NCBI GenBank assembly: GCA_041576165.1
Contig: JBFGLM010000073.1
Span: 1-19,470, forward strand
DNA from: Acidimicrobiia bacterium
Lineage (GTDB): Bacteria > Actinomycetota > Acidimicrobiia > Spongiisociales > Spongiisociaceae
Reading direction: 5' to 3'
DNA length: 19,470 nucleotides
Made by a program: the position numbers and the translations under genes. The notes beneath the pieces were generated by a model. The model saw nothing but the letters and a program-made list of their open reading frames with translations. It was not told the origin of the DNA and searched no databases. Each line of letters opens with the position of its first letter. Position 1 is the stretch's first letter. Of this stretch, positions 1 to 9,309 are shown piece by piece.

Positions 1-489
1 ATAGTGGAGCGAGCCGATGGTTCCCTTCGCCAAGGGACGCCTCTCCGACTGGCGCACCATATCGGCGTCGAAGCCGATGCCGAGCGCGAACAGGGCGTGG
101 TCGGAGCGCGATCCATCCGTGACATGGACCAGCGTGGTGGGCTGGGCATCGCAATCGACGAGGGCGGCGGCCGCCTTGGCCGGCTTGTTGGGTAGTCCGA
201 TTATCCGTGCCAGCACGTTCGTGGTGCCGGCGGGGATCACGGCCAGCGCGGACTCGGATTGGATGAGGCCATTGGCGACCTGGTGGGCAACCCCATCACC
301 GCCGAGTGCCGCCACCACGTCGTACCCGGCGGCGGCGGCGTCTACCGCGGCCTGGCGCGATCCTGCCGCGCTGGTCGGCCACGCTGTAGATACTTCGTAA
401 CGCCGACTCAGCACCTCGACTACCGCCCGTAACGCGGCACCTGTGAATCCGGACGCGGCGGGATTGGCGATGATCAAGAGGCGCTCCAT
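1..489 (-). CDS. Diacylglycerol/lipid kinase family protein (N-terminal part, runs off the left edge)
   Basis: Manual translation from ATG at 489: MERLLIIANPAASG...VVAALGGDGVAHQVANGL...LAVIPAGTTNVLAR...GIGFDA. The NPxS, GGDG, PxGTxN and GxGFDA motifs are typical of the DAGK/YegS family. Not in the ORF track because there is no stop inside the window. Confidence 0.88.
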   Translation of the reverse strand, partial: MERLLIIANPAASGFTGAALRAVVEVLSRRYEVSTAWPTSAAGSRQAAVDAAAAGYDVVAALGGDGVAHQVANGLIQSESALAVIPAGTTNVLARIIGLPNKPAKAAAALVDCDAQPTTLVHVTDGSRSDHALFALGIGFDADMVRQSERRPLAKGTIGSLHY

Positions 490-531
490 GGCGGGAGCGT
501 ACCGATCAACGGCTGTCTCGGCTGCGGGGCT

Positions 532-900
532 TCAGCCCGCGAGCAGCTTCTCGATGCGCTCGCGTAGCTCGGTGGGCCGGAACGGCTTGGTCATGAAGTC
601 GTCGGCGCCGCCGGCTACGGCCTGTTCCGCAACTTCCGGCTGAGCGTGCGCGGTCAGGATCAGCACCTTGATGTCGGCGGTAGCTTCGTCGCCCCGGAGG
701 TGGCGGAGCACTTCCCAGCCGTCCATGCCGGGTAGGCCGATATCGAGGACGATGGCGGCCGGCTGCGTGTCGCGTGCCTGCTCGAGACCACGCAGCCCGT
801 CTTCGGCGGCCACCAGCTCGACATCGAGGACGCGCAAGCAGACCTCGATGAGGCGGCGAACACTGGCCGAATCCTCGATTACTAAGACCCGCTGACTCAC
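532..900 (-). CDS. Single-domain response regulator (CheY-like receiver)
   Basis: VLVIEDS acidic pocket, phosphoacceptor LDIGLPGMDG, LTA switch residue and FMTKPF; no output domain. Confidence 0.93.
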   Translation of the reverse strand: MSQRVLVIEDSASVRRLIEVCLRVLDVELVAAEDGLRGLEQARDTQPAAIVLDIGLPGMDGWEVLRHLRGDEATADIKVLILTAHAQPEVAEQAVAGGADDFMTKPFRPTELRERIEKLLAG

Positions 901-1008
901 ATACCCAGTATCGGAGAGCCCTCAGCATATCTTCAACCGTTTTCGCCATGGCCGCACTAGTCAGGATCGCTTAGCCTGAGCGCACAACGGCTCAGCGAGG
1001 AGAATGTC

Positions 1009-2553
1009 GTGAAACCCTATGCGCCGGTGCCATATTCGGATTTCTCCGATGACGACGTAAGCAGCAGCTACGCGGCGGCGATCGACGATGTGAGGGCGGC
1101 GATGCCGGGGGTGGCGCCGCTGATCATCGCCGGCGACCGACGCGAGACCGCCGATTCGATCGAGAGCGTCAATCCGGCTCGGCCCGATGAGGTGGTTGCC
1201 CATGCGGCCTCGGCCGCCCCCGCCGACGCCGACGCCGCGCTGGAAGCTGCGTGGCGGGCTTTCCCGGATTGGGCGGCGACTCCCGCAGCGGCCCGGGCGG
1301 AGATGATCCACCGCATCGGGGACGTGATGGAGGAGCGCATCTTCGAGTTCTCCGCCTGGATGACGCTCGAGGCCGGGAAGAACTACGCCGAGTCGGAGGC
1401 CGACACGGCCGAAGCGATCGACTTCTGCCGGTACTACGCCCATCAGGCGTTGGAGATGGCCGAACCCGTCGACGTTCACCAATTCCCCGGAGAGATCAAC
1501 GAGTCGTGGTTGACGCCGCTCGGAGCCGGAGTGGTGATCCCACCCTGGAACTTCCCACTGGCGATCCTCTGCGGCATGACGGTGGGCCCGGTCGCCGCCG
1601 GCAACACCGTGGTGCTCAAACCGGCATCGAACACCCCGATGATCGGTGCGATGTTCATGGACGCGGTGGCGGCGGCAAGCGTCCCGCCGGGCGTCATCAA
1701 CTACCTACCCGGATCGGGAGGCACCATCGGCGATGCGCTGGTCGAAGATCCTCGAACCCGGTTCGTGAACTTCACGGGATCCAAAGAGGTCGGGCTGCGG
1801 ATCGCAGAGCGAGCCGCCACGGTCCAGCCGGGACAGACCTGGCTCAAGCGGGCCTATATGGAGATGGGCGGCAAGGATGCTCTGATCGTCGACGCAACGG
1901 CCGATCTCGACGCCGCCGCCGCAGATGCGGTGCGCAGCGCCTATGGGTTCCAGGGGCAGAAGTGCTCGGCGTGCTCTCGGCTGATTCTGGTCGACGAGGT
2001 ATACGACGAGACTCTCGATCGAGTCCTCGAGCTGACATCACAGCTGACCGTCGGCGATCCAGCCGACAACCACGCAGTCGGGCCGGTGATCTCGGCTGCG
2101 CAACACCGCTCCATCCTCGAAGAGATCGAAAACGGCCGGGGAGAAGCCGCCCTGCTGAGCGGCGGGGAAGCAATCGACATGGAAGGTGGCTACTACATCG
2201 CCCCCACGATCTTCGCCGATGCGGCTCCCAACTCCCGGCTGGCCCAGCACGAGATCTTCGGCCCCGTCCTGTCGGTCATCAAGGCCGCCGACTTCGACGA
2301 CGCCTTGGCGATTGCCAACGGCACCGAGTTCGGCCTCACCGGGGGCCTTCATTCCACCAGCGAGGCCAACATCGAACGGGCGCGGCGTGAGTTCCATGTG
2401 GGGAACCTCTACATCAACCGCAAGATCACCGGTGCCCTGGTAGGTATCCAGCCCTTTGGTGGATTCAAGATGTCCGGATCCAATGCGAAAGCGGGCGGGC
2501 CCGACTACCTGCGCTTGTTCATGGAGATGAAGACGATGGCCAGAAGGCTGTAG
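1009..2553 (+). CDS. pruA: L-glutamate gamma-semialdehyde (1-pyrroline-5-carboxylate) dehydrogenase, RocA/PruA type
   Basis: ALDH motifs PPWNFP, LKPA, FTGS, EMGGKD (catalytic Glu), GQKCSACSR (catalytic Cys), EIFGPV, plus P5CDH-type YINRKITGALVG-QPFGG and KAGGPDYL. RBS GAGGAG at 997-1002. Confidence 0.92.
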   Translation: MKPYAPVPYSDFSDDDVSSSYAAAIDDVRAAMPGVAPLIIAGDRRETADSIESVNPARPDEVVAHAASAAPADADAALEAAWRAFPDWAATPAAARAEMIHRIGDVMEERIFEFSAWMTLEAGKNYAESEADTAEAIDFCRYYAHQALEMAEPVDVHQFPGEINESWLTPLGAGVVIPPWNFPLAILCGMTVGPVAAGNTVVLKPASNTPMIGAMFMDAVAAASVPPGVINYLPGSGGTIGDALVEDPRTRFVNFTGSKEVGLRIAERAATVQPGQTWLKRAYMEMGGKDALIVDATADLDAAAADAVRSAYGFQGQKCSACSRLILVDEVYDETLDRVLELTSQLTVGDPADNHAVGPVISAAQHRSILEEIENGRGEAALLSGGEAIDMEGGYYIAPTIFADAAPNSRLAQHEIFGPVLSVIKAADFDDALAIANGTEFGLTGGLHSTSEANIERARREFHVGNLYINRKITGALVGIQPFGGFKMSGSNAKAGGPDYLRLFMEMKTMARRL

Positions 2554-2581
2554 CGCAGCTAGGAACGCGGCGTGCTCCATA

Positions 2582-3763
2582 ATGCGGCCCTGCATGGCCG
2601 CTCGCATCGCTGCGCTTCTCGTCGCCTTGAGTGTCGTCATCGCTGCCTGCAGCCCCGATTCGGTGGCCGTCCAAGGGGCGGCGCGGGCAGTGACCACGAC
2701 GACGACAACGACGCTCGCCCCGGCCACGACAACCGCTACGCCGACGATGACTACGACGACCACCGCCCCCACGATCCGGGCAGGCTTGGCGCTGATCCCG
2801 CAGGGAGGGGCGCCGATCTTCTCCGAGCCGGGCGGCGATCGCGAGTACATCATCCACGAAGGGATCCTCCTCGGCTTCGACCGCCGCGACGGGATCTTCC
2901 TCGAGGTGGTGACTCCGTGTAACGACACCATGTGGGTGCGGGAGAGCGATGTCGATGTCATCCGCAAAGCGAGGAGCGCCGGCCCCCCCGGGCAGGCCAA
3001 CCTGGCCCGGGCCACCATCGTGATCGACCCCGGTCACGGAGGGCGGGACTGGGGCGGCGTGGGGCCCACCGGCCTGACGGAGAAGGAGGTCAACCTCGAC
3101 ATCAGCAATCGAGTTCGTGACCTGCTTCTGACCGCCCACGACGTGAACTGGGCGACAGGGGAGATCGTCCCCGGCAACACCGTTCCCGCCGTGAGCGCTG
3201 TCTTCATCACCCGTGATCAGGCTGGCCCCGACTCGGGTGACTACGAGATCGGCCTGCGCTACCGCAGCCACATCGCCAACAGCGCCGGGGCCGACGCCCT
3301 GATATCGATTCACAACAACACGGTGCCCACTGCCGATCCCGAGGGACCCGGAAGCGAAGTGTTCTTTGCCTGGTCGATCGCCCAATCCGATCGGCTGGCG
3401 TCCCTCATCCACCAGGAGCTGTTGCGCAGCTTTCGCGGCTTCGATGCCGACTGGAAGGGCGGGCTCATCCGCGGGGCGCGGACCCGGATCGACCCCGAGA
3501 CCGACACGGACTTCTACGGTTTGCTCCGCCGCGCCAACATGCCGGCCGTGATCGTCGAAGGGGCCTACATCTCGGAGCCGGAAGAGGAGGCGCTGCTACG
3601 CACTCCCCGGTTCCGGCAGGCATACGCCGAGGCGGTGTTCCGCGGCGTGGTGCGCTTTTTGACCACGCCGGAGTTCGGCGAAGAGGTCAACGAGCCGGAG
3701 CTGTTCACGAGCGACGCCGGCGTTGCCAGCACATCCTCCTGCGAAGTGCCGCGGCAACCCTGA
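2582..3763 (+). CDS. N-acetylmuramoyl-L-alanine amidase (Amidase_3), probable lipoprotein
   Basis: Lipobox-like VIAA-C and Thr-rich linker, then IVIDPGHGG, EKEVNL, R...AN, ISIHNN and PAVIVE (Zn ligands and catalytic Glu). Start could be 2594. Confidence 0.9.
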   Translation: MRPCMAARIAALLVALSVVIAACSPDSVAVQGAARAVTTTTTTTLAPATTTATPTMTTTTTAPTIRAGLALIPQGGAPIFSEPGGDREYIIHEGILLGFDRRDGIFLEVVTPCNDTMWVRESDVDVIRKARSAGPPGQANLARATIVIDPGHGGRDWGGVGPTGLTEKEVNLDISNRVRDLLLTAHDVNWATGEIVPGNTVPAVSAVFITRDQAGPDSGDYEIGLRYRSHIANSAGADALISIHNNTVPTADPEGPGSEVFFAWSIAQSDRLASLIHQELLRSFRGFDADWKGGLIRGARTRIDPETDTDFYGLLRRANMPAVIVEGAYISEPEEEALLRTPRFRQAYAEAVFRGVVRFLTTPEFGEEVNEPELFTSDAGVASTSSCEVPRQP

Positions 3764-3850
3764 CTTCGGATTCTGGCCGCAGCTGCCGATAGAGACTCCG
3801 GGGGCTGGGTAGGCGGCTCCCGACGGTCCAAGCGGCGGAGGTAGTCGACG

Positions 3851-5794
3851 GTGACGGCAAGGCGAGCCTGGCAGCCCCGGGGAGCGCTCGTTGGCAGCGC
3901 CCTGCTCACGGCGTCACTACTGTTGGCGATCCCGGTTCCTCCTGCTGCTGCATTGGTCACCTGTGACGGCTTGGAGGTGACCATCTTGGGGACCTCCGGT
4001 CCCGACGAGCTGATCGGGACCTCCGGTCCCGATGTGATCCACGGGCTCGGCGGCGACGACGTCATCCGGGGATTAGAGGGAGCAGACACGATCTGCGGAG
4101 GCGCCGGCGCCGACGACATCCAGGGCGGCAATCACGCTGACCGCATCTTCGGGAACCACGGCAGCGACGTCATCTATGGCCGCGGCGGGCACGACACCAT
4201 TTTCGGCGGCCCGGGCCACGACACCATCTACGGGGGCACCGGTGACGACTATCTGGCCGGGAAGAAAGGGCTCGACAACCTGCATGGTGGCAACGGAGCC
4301 GACACCCTCATCGGTAACGAAGACGACGATACCTTGATCGGTGCCGCCAAGGTCGATGAGGCGTACGGTGGTGTGGGTGTCGACCGGTGTGACGGCGACG
4401 CGGAGACGGCGTGCGAGCTCGAAGTGATCGACTTCGTCTTCGAGCGGTTTCTCATCAACCAGGCGGTGCCCCAAGCCGACTCCAGTCAACCGGCCGGAGA
4501 GCGGGTGGGCACCGTCGAGCAGCGCGGCGGCATAGTCAGAGCTTTCATCTCCGCCAACCAGGCGGGAATCACATCTCCCAAGGTGCACCTGTATTTCCGC
4601 AAGGCCGGGGTGCCGACGATGGTGCCGATGAGCGGACCGGCGACCGTGCCCACCAGCCCCAGCGAGGGCGATCTCGCCTCCACCTACAACTACACATTCG
4701 ACGAGACGCTGCTCGAGCCGGGCACCGAGATGTACGTGATCGTCGACCGTCTGGACAAGGTCTTCGAGCTCAACGAGAACAACAACCGCTATCCAGACTC
4801 TGGGTGGGGCGACATCGACACCCGCGACGTTCCCCAGATGAGGATCACCGTGGTTCCCATCACCATCGAAGGCGGTGCGTCGGCGAGCGTCAGCCTCAGC
4901 CAGGCCGAGGCGCTGCTCGGCAAGACAGTCCGGGTGCACCCGATCGGTGACTATGACATCCAGGTACGGGCCAATTACACCTTCGCCAACCCCACCGGGA
5001 CGAGCCAGGACTGGATCACGCTGCTCAACGAGATGGCTCAGCTGCGTGAGGCCGAGAATCCCAACCGGCAGTATCACGCCTTCCTGCCGGAGCCGCTCAG
5101 CCCAGGGATCGGGGGCATCGGCTACATCGGTTATCCGGCTGCCGTCAGCATCCAGCACGACGAGACGATCGCCCACGAAACGGGCCACAACCTCAGCCTG
5201 CCGCACAACCCGTGCTCGGGTCAGGAGGGGAATCCGGATCCGAACTATCCGTACGCCGGCGGCAAGATCGGGACCTGGGGCTACGACATCGTGACCGGGG
5301 CGCTCTACGACCCGAACGTCTACGTCGACCTCATGACCTACTGCTCCCCGGAATGGGTGAGCGACTACTCGTTCAACAATGTGCTCGATTACCGCAGCGG
5401 CGGCTTCGGATGGGAAGCGGAAGCCGAGGGGTTGGCGCCTGCCGGCACCGGAACCGTCCTTCAATTCAGTGGGACGGTTCCAGCCAGCGCCCGCCAAGCG
5501 GCCCGCCAGAGTCGCCAGGTTGGGCTGGATGCCGTCGGCGCCATCGAGCAGATCGCAGTGGTCGAACGGGCCGCCAACCTCCCCGCCCCCGGGGATCACA
5601 CGCTGGTGGGACGCAACGGAGACGGCGCTGCGCTCGTGCAGGTTTCGTTCGCCACCTATGCCATCGACCACGCCGATGGAGCCCATTTCATATTCTCCAT
5701 CGAGATTCCCACCTCCGACCTGCCTCAGATCGAGGAATGGGCCATCGAGCAGGCGGGGCAAGTGATCGCCAGCCGCCCGGCCGCTTCCGGTTAG
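3851..5794 (+). CDS. Secreted zinc metalloprotease, M66-like, with N-terminal hemolysin-type Ca-binding repeats (copy 1)
   Basis: Signal peptide ending PAAA; GGxGxD-type nonapeptide repeats; HETGHNLSLPH zinc motif (5174-5206); DPNYPY..G.IG.WGYD; Met-turn DLMTYC; WVSDY. Confidence 0.82.
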   Translation: MTARRAWQPRGALVGSALLTASLLLAIPVPPAAALVTCDGLEVTILGTSGPDELIGTSGPDVIHGLGGDDVIRGLEGADTICGGAGADDIQGGNHADRIFGNHGSDVIYGRGGHDTIFGGPGHDTIYGGTGDDYLAGKKGLDNLHGGNGADTLIGNEDDDTLIGAAKVDEAYGGVGVDRCDGDAETACELEVIDFVFERFLINQAVPQADSSQPAGERVGTVEQRGGIVRAFISANQAGITSPKVHLYFRKAGVPTMVPMSGPATVPTSPSEGDLASTYNYTFDETLLEPGTEMYVIVDRLDKVFELNENNNRYPDSGWGDIDTRDVPQMRITVVPITIEGGASASVSLSQAEALLGKTVRVHPIGDYDIQVRANYTFANPTGTSQDWITLLNEMAQLREAENPNRQYHAFLPEPLSPGIGGIGYIGYPAAVSIQHDETIAHETGHNLSLPHNPCSGQEGNPDPNYPYAGGKIGTWGYDIVTGALYDPNVYVDLMTYCSPEWVSDYSFNNVLDYRSGGFGWEAEAEGLAPAGTGTVLQFSGTVPASARQAARQSRQVGLDAVGAIEQIAVVERAANLPAPGDHTLVGRNGDGAALVQVSFATYAIDHADGAHFIFSIEIPTSDLPQIEEWAIEQAGQVIASRPAASG

Positions 5795-5907
5795 TGCCAC
5801 GAAACCTCGATGGTATTGCTTGGGGGCGTTGGCGGGATCGTTCGCTATGGTCTCGGTCGCCGGAACCCGCTGTTGCTAGTCGCCAGGGCCGAAAGGGAAA
5901 GTTCCCA

Positions 5908-7041
5908 GTGAGAAGATCGGCGATGGCTCTACTCTTCGGTCTCGTGGTCGCATCGTGCGGCGGCGGCGCCACGCCCACCTCCACACCGGGCTCGCAGGTC
6001 GCGACAACCACCGCGACCCTCGCTCCGACGACCACATCGGGGCCGACTTCGACTACTACGACCACCACGCCGGCGCAGGGCTCCTCAGGTGAGAAGCTGG
6101 AGGTGGATCGCTCCATCCTTGGCTTGGCGCTCGAGCCCGGCGACACGAGACCGGGGCGTTTCCGGCTCGAGCGCGGCCCCAATACGGAGATCCTCATGAC
6201 GGTCGAAGGCCGCTATTGGGTGTCCGCCGGGGGCGACGTCTACACGACTCTCGATGTCGACCCGAACCTGATCGCCGAGCAAATGACACTCCTCGCGGCT
6301 GCGGTCAGAGCTAGGGGCGGTCAACCACCCGACTCCCCGTACCTCACGTCGCTGCGCGAGCACTACCGGGGTGATGAGTTTCAGATTGGACTGACCGATC
6401 TGATCCGGTCGCTGGCGGCGGGCGGCCTGTCGGCGGAATGGGCCGAACAGTGGAGTTGGTTCGTCCAGGCAGATGGCAACCCGGTGCCTCCGGAACTGCT
6501 GGCTTGCCAGAACGCCATCGCGTCGCTCGACCGTGCTGCCCGGAGTTGGGTGCGTGACCTCGAGATCGAGTTCGTGGACGGAACGTGGCTCTTTCCCATG
6601 CAGGACTTCGAGCAGGCCATGGCCGTCGAAATCGAGGAGGCGTCGATCTGTGAGCTGTTCGTGGAGCTGTCGGGACCAAGTCCCGAGATCGTGATCGAGC
6701 TGGGCGACGAGGCGGATCGGCGTCGCGTCAGCGTGCTCGTCGACGACAAGATCTACACGGACCGGGAACCGGAACTGATGTTCGCCATCGCGATGTGGCC
6801 GGACGAGTCGGTGGGTCCACCCCCCGACGACCCCAACCCCGCCTCGCTGCTGACGCTGGGGAGCTCCTACTTGACAGCAATCGGGGTGTGCGGGGAACTG
6901 CCATGGATCTACTCCAACTTCGCCGCCGCCGACACCTACTACTCGCCTTTGAGCAGCGGCTATCCCGGACCGGTCGTGTTTGCCTCCGGTTGGTACTGCC
7001 AAGATCAGGTGCCGGAGGAGCGGCGCAACGAAAGCGGCTGA
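5908..7041 (+). CDS. Hypothetical lipoprotein with Thr-rich linker
   Basis: The ORF-track 5212 start overlaps the upstream gene. GTG at 5908 gives MRRSAMALLFGLVVAS-C (lipobox), then a T/S/P-rich linker and an acidic domain I do not recognise. Confidence 0.75.
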   Translation: MRRSAMALLFGLVVASCGGGATPTSTPGSQVATTTATLAPTTTSGPTSTTTTTTPAQGSSGEKLEVDRSILGLALEPGDTRPGRFRLERGPNTEILMTVEGRYWVSAGGDVYTTLDVDPNLIAEQMTLLAAAVRARGGQPPDSPYLTSLREHYRGDEFQIGLTDLIRSLAAGGLSAEWAEQWSWFVQADGNPVPPELLACQNAIASLDRAARSWVRDLEIEFVDGTWLFPMQDFEQAMAVEIEEASICELFVELSGPSPEIVIELGDEADRRRVSVLVDDKIYTDREPELMFAIAMWPDESVGPPPDDPNPASLLTLGSSYLTAIGVCGELPWIYSNFAAADTYYSPLSSGYPGPVVFASGWYCQDQVPEERRNESG

Positions 7042-7352
7042 GTCGTCACCAACCTTTGCCCCAGTCGTTACACCCCGGTGACGGGTTGACCCCGCCTGAG
7101 CGGATGGCACTGCGGGCGACCCTCGGGGAGTCCCTGACAGGAATCGCCTAGCTCATTTCGGGCCCGTCTCGCCGCGGAGTCCCACAATGACCTATCGGAT
7201 GCAGGTTTTACCAGTGCAATCCATCGATCTGCCGCTTATCCTTGAGGGCGTGAGAGGGGCACTAGGGGGTTAGGGAGTCCTTTCCTCAGATTGCCGCTGC
7301 GTGATGCCTCGTTGAGGCGCGACCGCCGGGTCGACAAGCAGAGGAGCTGAAC

Positions 7353-9278
7353 GTGCGAGGGACAGGAAATGGCCGTAGGGGAGCAATTCTGTGGAGCATG
7401 CTCCTCGTGACCTCCGTCATGTTCGCTCTGCCCGCGACGTCGACCGCAGCCATCGCCACCTGTGACGGGGTAGAGGTCACCATCCAGGGAACGCCGGGCG
7501 ACGACGTCCTGATCGGGACCCCGGACGCCGATGTGATCAACGGCGGGGCGGGCAACGACGTGATCAAGGGACTCGACGGTAACGACATCATCTGCGGTGG
7601 TGCCGGGTTCGACGAGCTACGCGGTGGCAACGGCGCCGATCGTTTGCTCGGCGGCAAGCACGCCGACTCCCTGTTCGGGCTCAACGGTCACGACACCCTG
7701 TTGGGTGGGGCGGGTAGCGACCTGCTCAACGGAGGCAAGGGATCCGACACCTTGTCCGGAGGAGCGGGTCCGGACAACCTGACCGGCGGGCCCGGTAACG
7801 ACAACCTGGCGGGCCACGGGCAGGACGACGTCCTCATCGGGGGAACGGGCACCGACGAGCTGAACGGCAACGCCGGTTTCGACCGCTGTGCCGGCAACAA
7901 CGAGCTCAATTGCGAGGCGAACCCGATCGACTTCCGCTTCGAGCGGTTCCTCATCTCGCAAGCAGTTCCCCAGGAGGACTCTGACTTGCCACCCAACCAG
8001 CGTGTGGGCACGGTGGCGAGCCGGCCCGGGATCGTGCGGTTCTTCATGTCGGCCAACCAGCCCGACATCCCCTCTCCCGAGGTCCATTTGTTCTATCGGC
8101 AGAACGGCCAGGTGACGCGGGTGCCGCTGGCGGGGCCGGCGATCGTGCCGCAGAGCCCCGACGTCGCCAACCTCGCCTCGACGTACAACTACACGTTCGA
8201 CGAGACCCTGTTGGAACCGGGCACCGAGATGTACGTCAAGATCGACCGGCTCGACGAGGTCTTTGAGCTCAAGGAAGGCAACAACCGCTATCCCCAGAAG
8301 GGGTGGCGGGACATCAACACCCAAGCCGTCCCCCGGATGCGGGTGACGGTCGTGCCGATCACCATCGAGGGTGGAGCGGCGGCGAACATCAGTCTCAGCC
8401 AGGCCCGCGCTCTCTACGAGAAGACGTTGAAGGTCCACCCGGTCGGGGAATCCAACATCCAGGTTCGGGACAACTATCTCTTCCAGAATCCGACCGGCAC
8501 CACTCAGGATTGGATCACGCTGCTCCAGGAAATGGCGGTGCTGCAGCAAACGGAGAACCCGAACCGGCAGTACCACGCGTTCTTGCCTCCGGGGGGTCTC
8601 ACCCCGGGCATCGCCGGCATCGGCTACATCGGATTCCCGGCCGCGGTGAGCATTCAGAACGACGAGACGATCGCCCACGAGACCGGGCACAATCTCAGCC
8701 TGCCGCATGTCACGTGTACCGGTCAGGAAGGCAACCCGGATCCCAACTACCCATATCCGGGTGGTGGCATCGGTAATTGGGGATACGACATCATCACCGG
8801 AGTGCTCTACGACCCGGCCGTGTTCGTCGACTTGATGACCTATTGCCAGCCGGAGTGGGTCAGTGACTACAACTTCGCCAACGTGCTCGCCTTCCGCACC
8901 GGAGGCGGCTGGGAGTTGGCGGGCGACGCGGCGGCCGGCAGCGGTACGGTCGTTCAGTTCATGGGGAACGTGCCAGCGACCGGCTGGCAAGCGGCTGGCC
9001 AGAGCGCCGAGATCGCATTGCCCGCCGCCGAGTTCACTCGGGTCGAGGTCGTCGATCGTCCCGCTGTGCCACCGGCGCCGGGGGATCACACGTTGCGAGG
9101 GCTGGACGCGGCCGGCAACGTGGTGACGTCGGCTTCGTTCCAGACCTACGCCTACGACCACGCCGACGGTGCCATGTTCATCTTCTCGATTGAGATTGCC
9201 GACGCCACACTGGCCAAGGTCGCCACGTGGACGGTCGATCGGGGCGGTGAAGTGATCGTGAGCCGAGCGGCCGACTGA
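7353..9278 (+). CDS. Secreted zinc metalloprotease, M66-like, with N-terminal hemolysin-type Ca-binding repeats (copy 2)
   Basis: Colinear paralog of 3851-5794: signal peptide, GGxGxD repeats, HETGHNLSLPH (8676-8708), DLMTYC, WVSDY. RBS GAGGAG just upstream. Confidence 0.82.
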   Translation: MRGTGNGRRGAILWSMLLVTSVMFALPATSTAAIATCDGVEVTIQGTPGDDVLIGTPDADVINGGAGNDVIKGLDGNDIICGGAGFDELRGGNGADRLLGGKHADSLFGLNGHDTLLGGAGSDLLNGGKGSDTLSGGAGPDNLTGGPGNDNLAGHGQDDVLIGGTGTDELNGNAGFDRCAGNNELNCEANPIDFRFERFLISQAVPQEDSDLPPNQRVGTVASRPGIVRFFMSANQPDIPSPEVHLFYRQNGQVTRVPLAGPAIVPQSPDVANLASTYNYTFDETLLEPGTEMYVKIDRLDEVFELKEGNNRYPQKGWRDINTQAVPRMRVTVVPITIEGGAAANISLSQARALYEKTLKVHPVGESNIQVRDNYLFQNPTGTTQDWITLLQEMAVLQQTENPNRQYHAFLPPGGLTPGIAGIGYIGFPAAVSIQNDETIAHETGHNLSLPHVTCTGQEGNPDPNYPYPGGGIGNWGYDIITGVLYDPAVFVDLMTYCQPEWVSDYNFANVLAFRTGGGWELAGDAAAGSGTVVQFMGNVPATGWQAAGQSAEIALPAAEFTRVEVVDRPAVPPAPGDHTLRGLDAAGNVVTSASFQTYAYDHADGAMFIFSIEIADATLAKVATWTVDRGGEVIVSRAAD

Positions 9279-9309
9279 GGGTCAGGGCGGGCCGGCTGAG
9301 GCGGCGACG

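Noticed and set aside
1004-1012. Mini-ORF ATG TCG TGA overlapping the pruA GTG start
   Set aside because: Too close to the RBS to be initiated efficiently; likely chance.
3989-4032. 17-nt direct repeat GGGACCTCCGGTCCCGA at 27-bp period
   Set aside because: Encodes consecutive Ca-binding nonapeptides; not CRISPR or a DNA-level element.
5212-5907. N-terminal extension of the 609-aa ORF
   Set aside because: Arg-rich off-frame overlap with protease copy 1; the lipoprotein signal begins at 5908.
7235-7295. CTTATC...GAG...GAGGG resembling the 5' end of a SAM-I riboswitch
   Set aside because: Lacks the GCAACC, GTGC and closing GATRA elements, and the downstream gene is unrelated to sulfur metabolism.
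4073-9161. Long antisense ORFs (575, 341 and 514 aa) and other long alternative-frame ORFs
   Set aside because: Shadow frames of high-GC genes; no motifs and fully overlapping better-supported CDSs.
3851-9278. Diversity-generating retroelement or gene-conversion cassette between the paralogs
   Set aside because: Differences are spread throughout, not adenine-specific; both copies are full genes; no reverse transcriptase is present.
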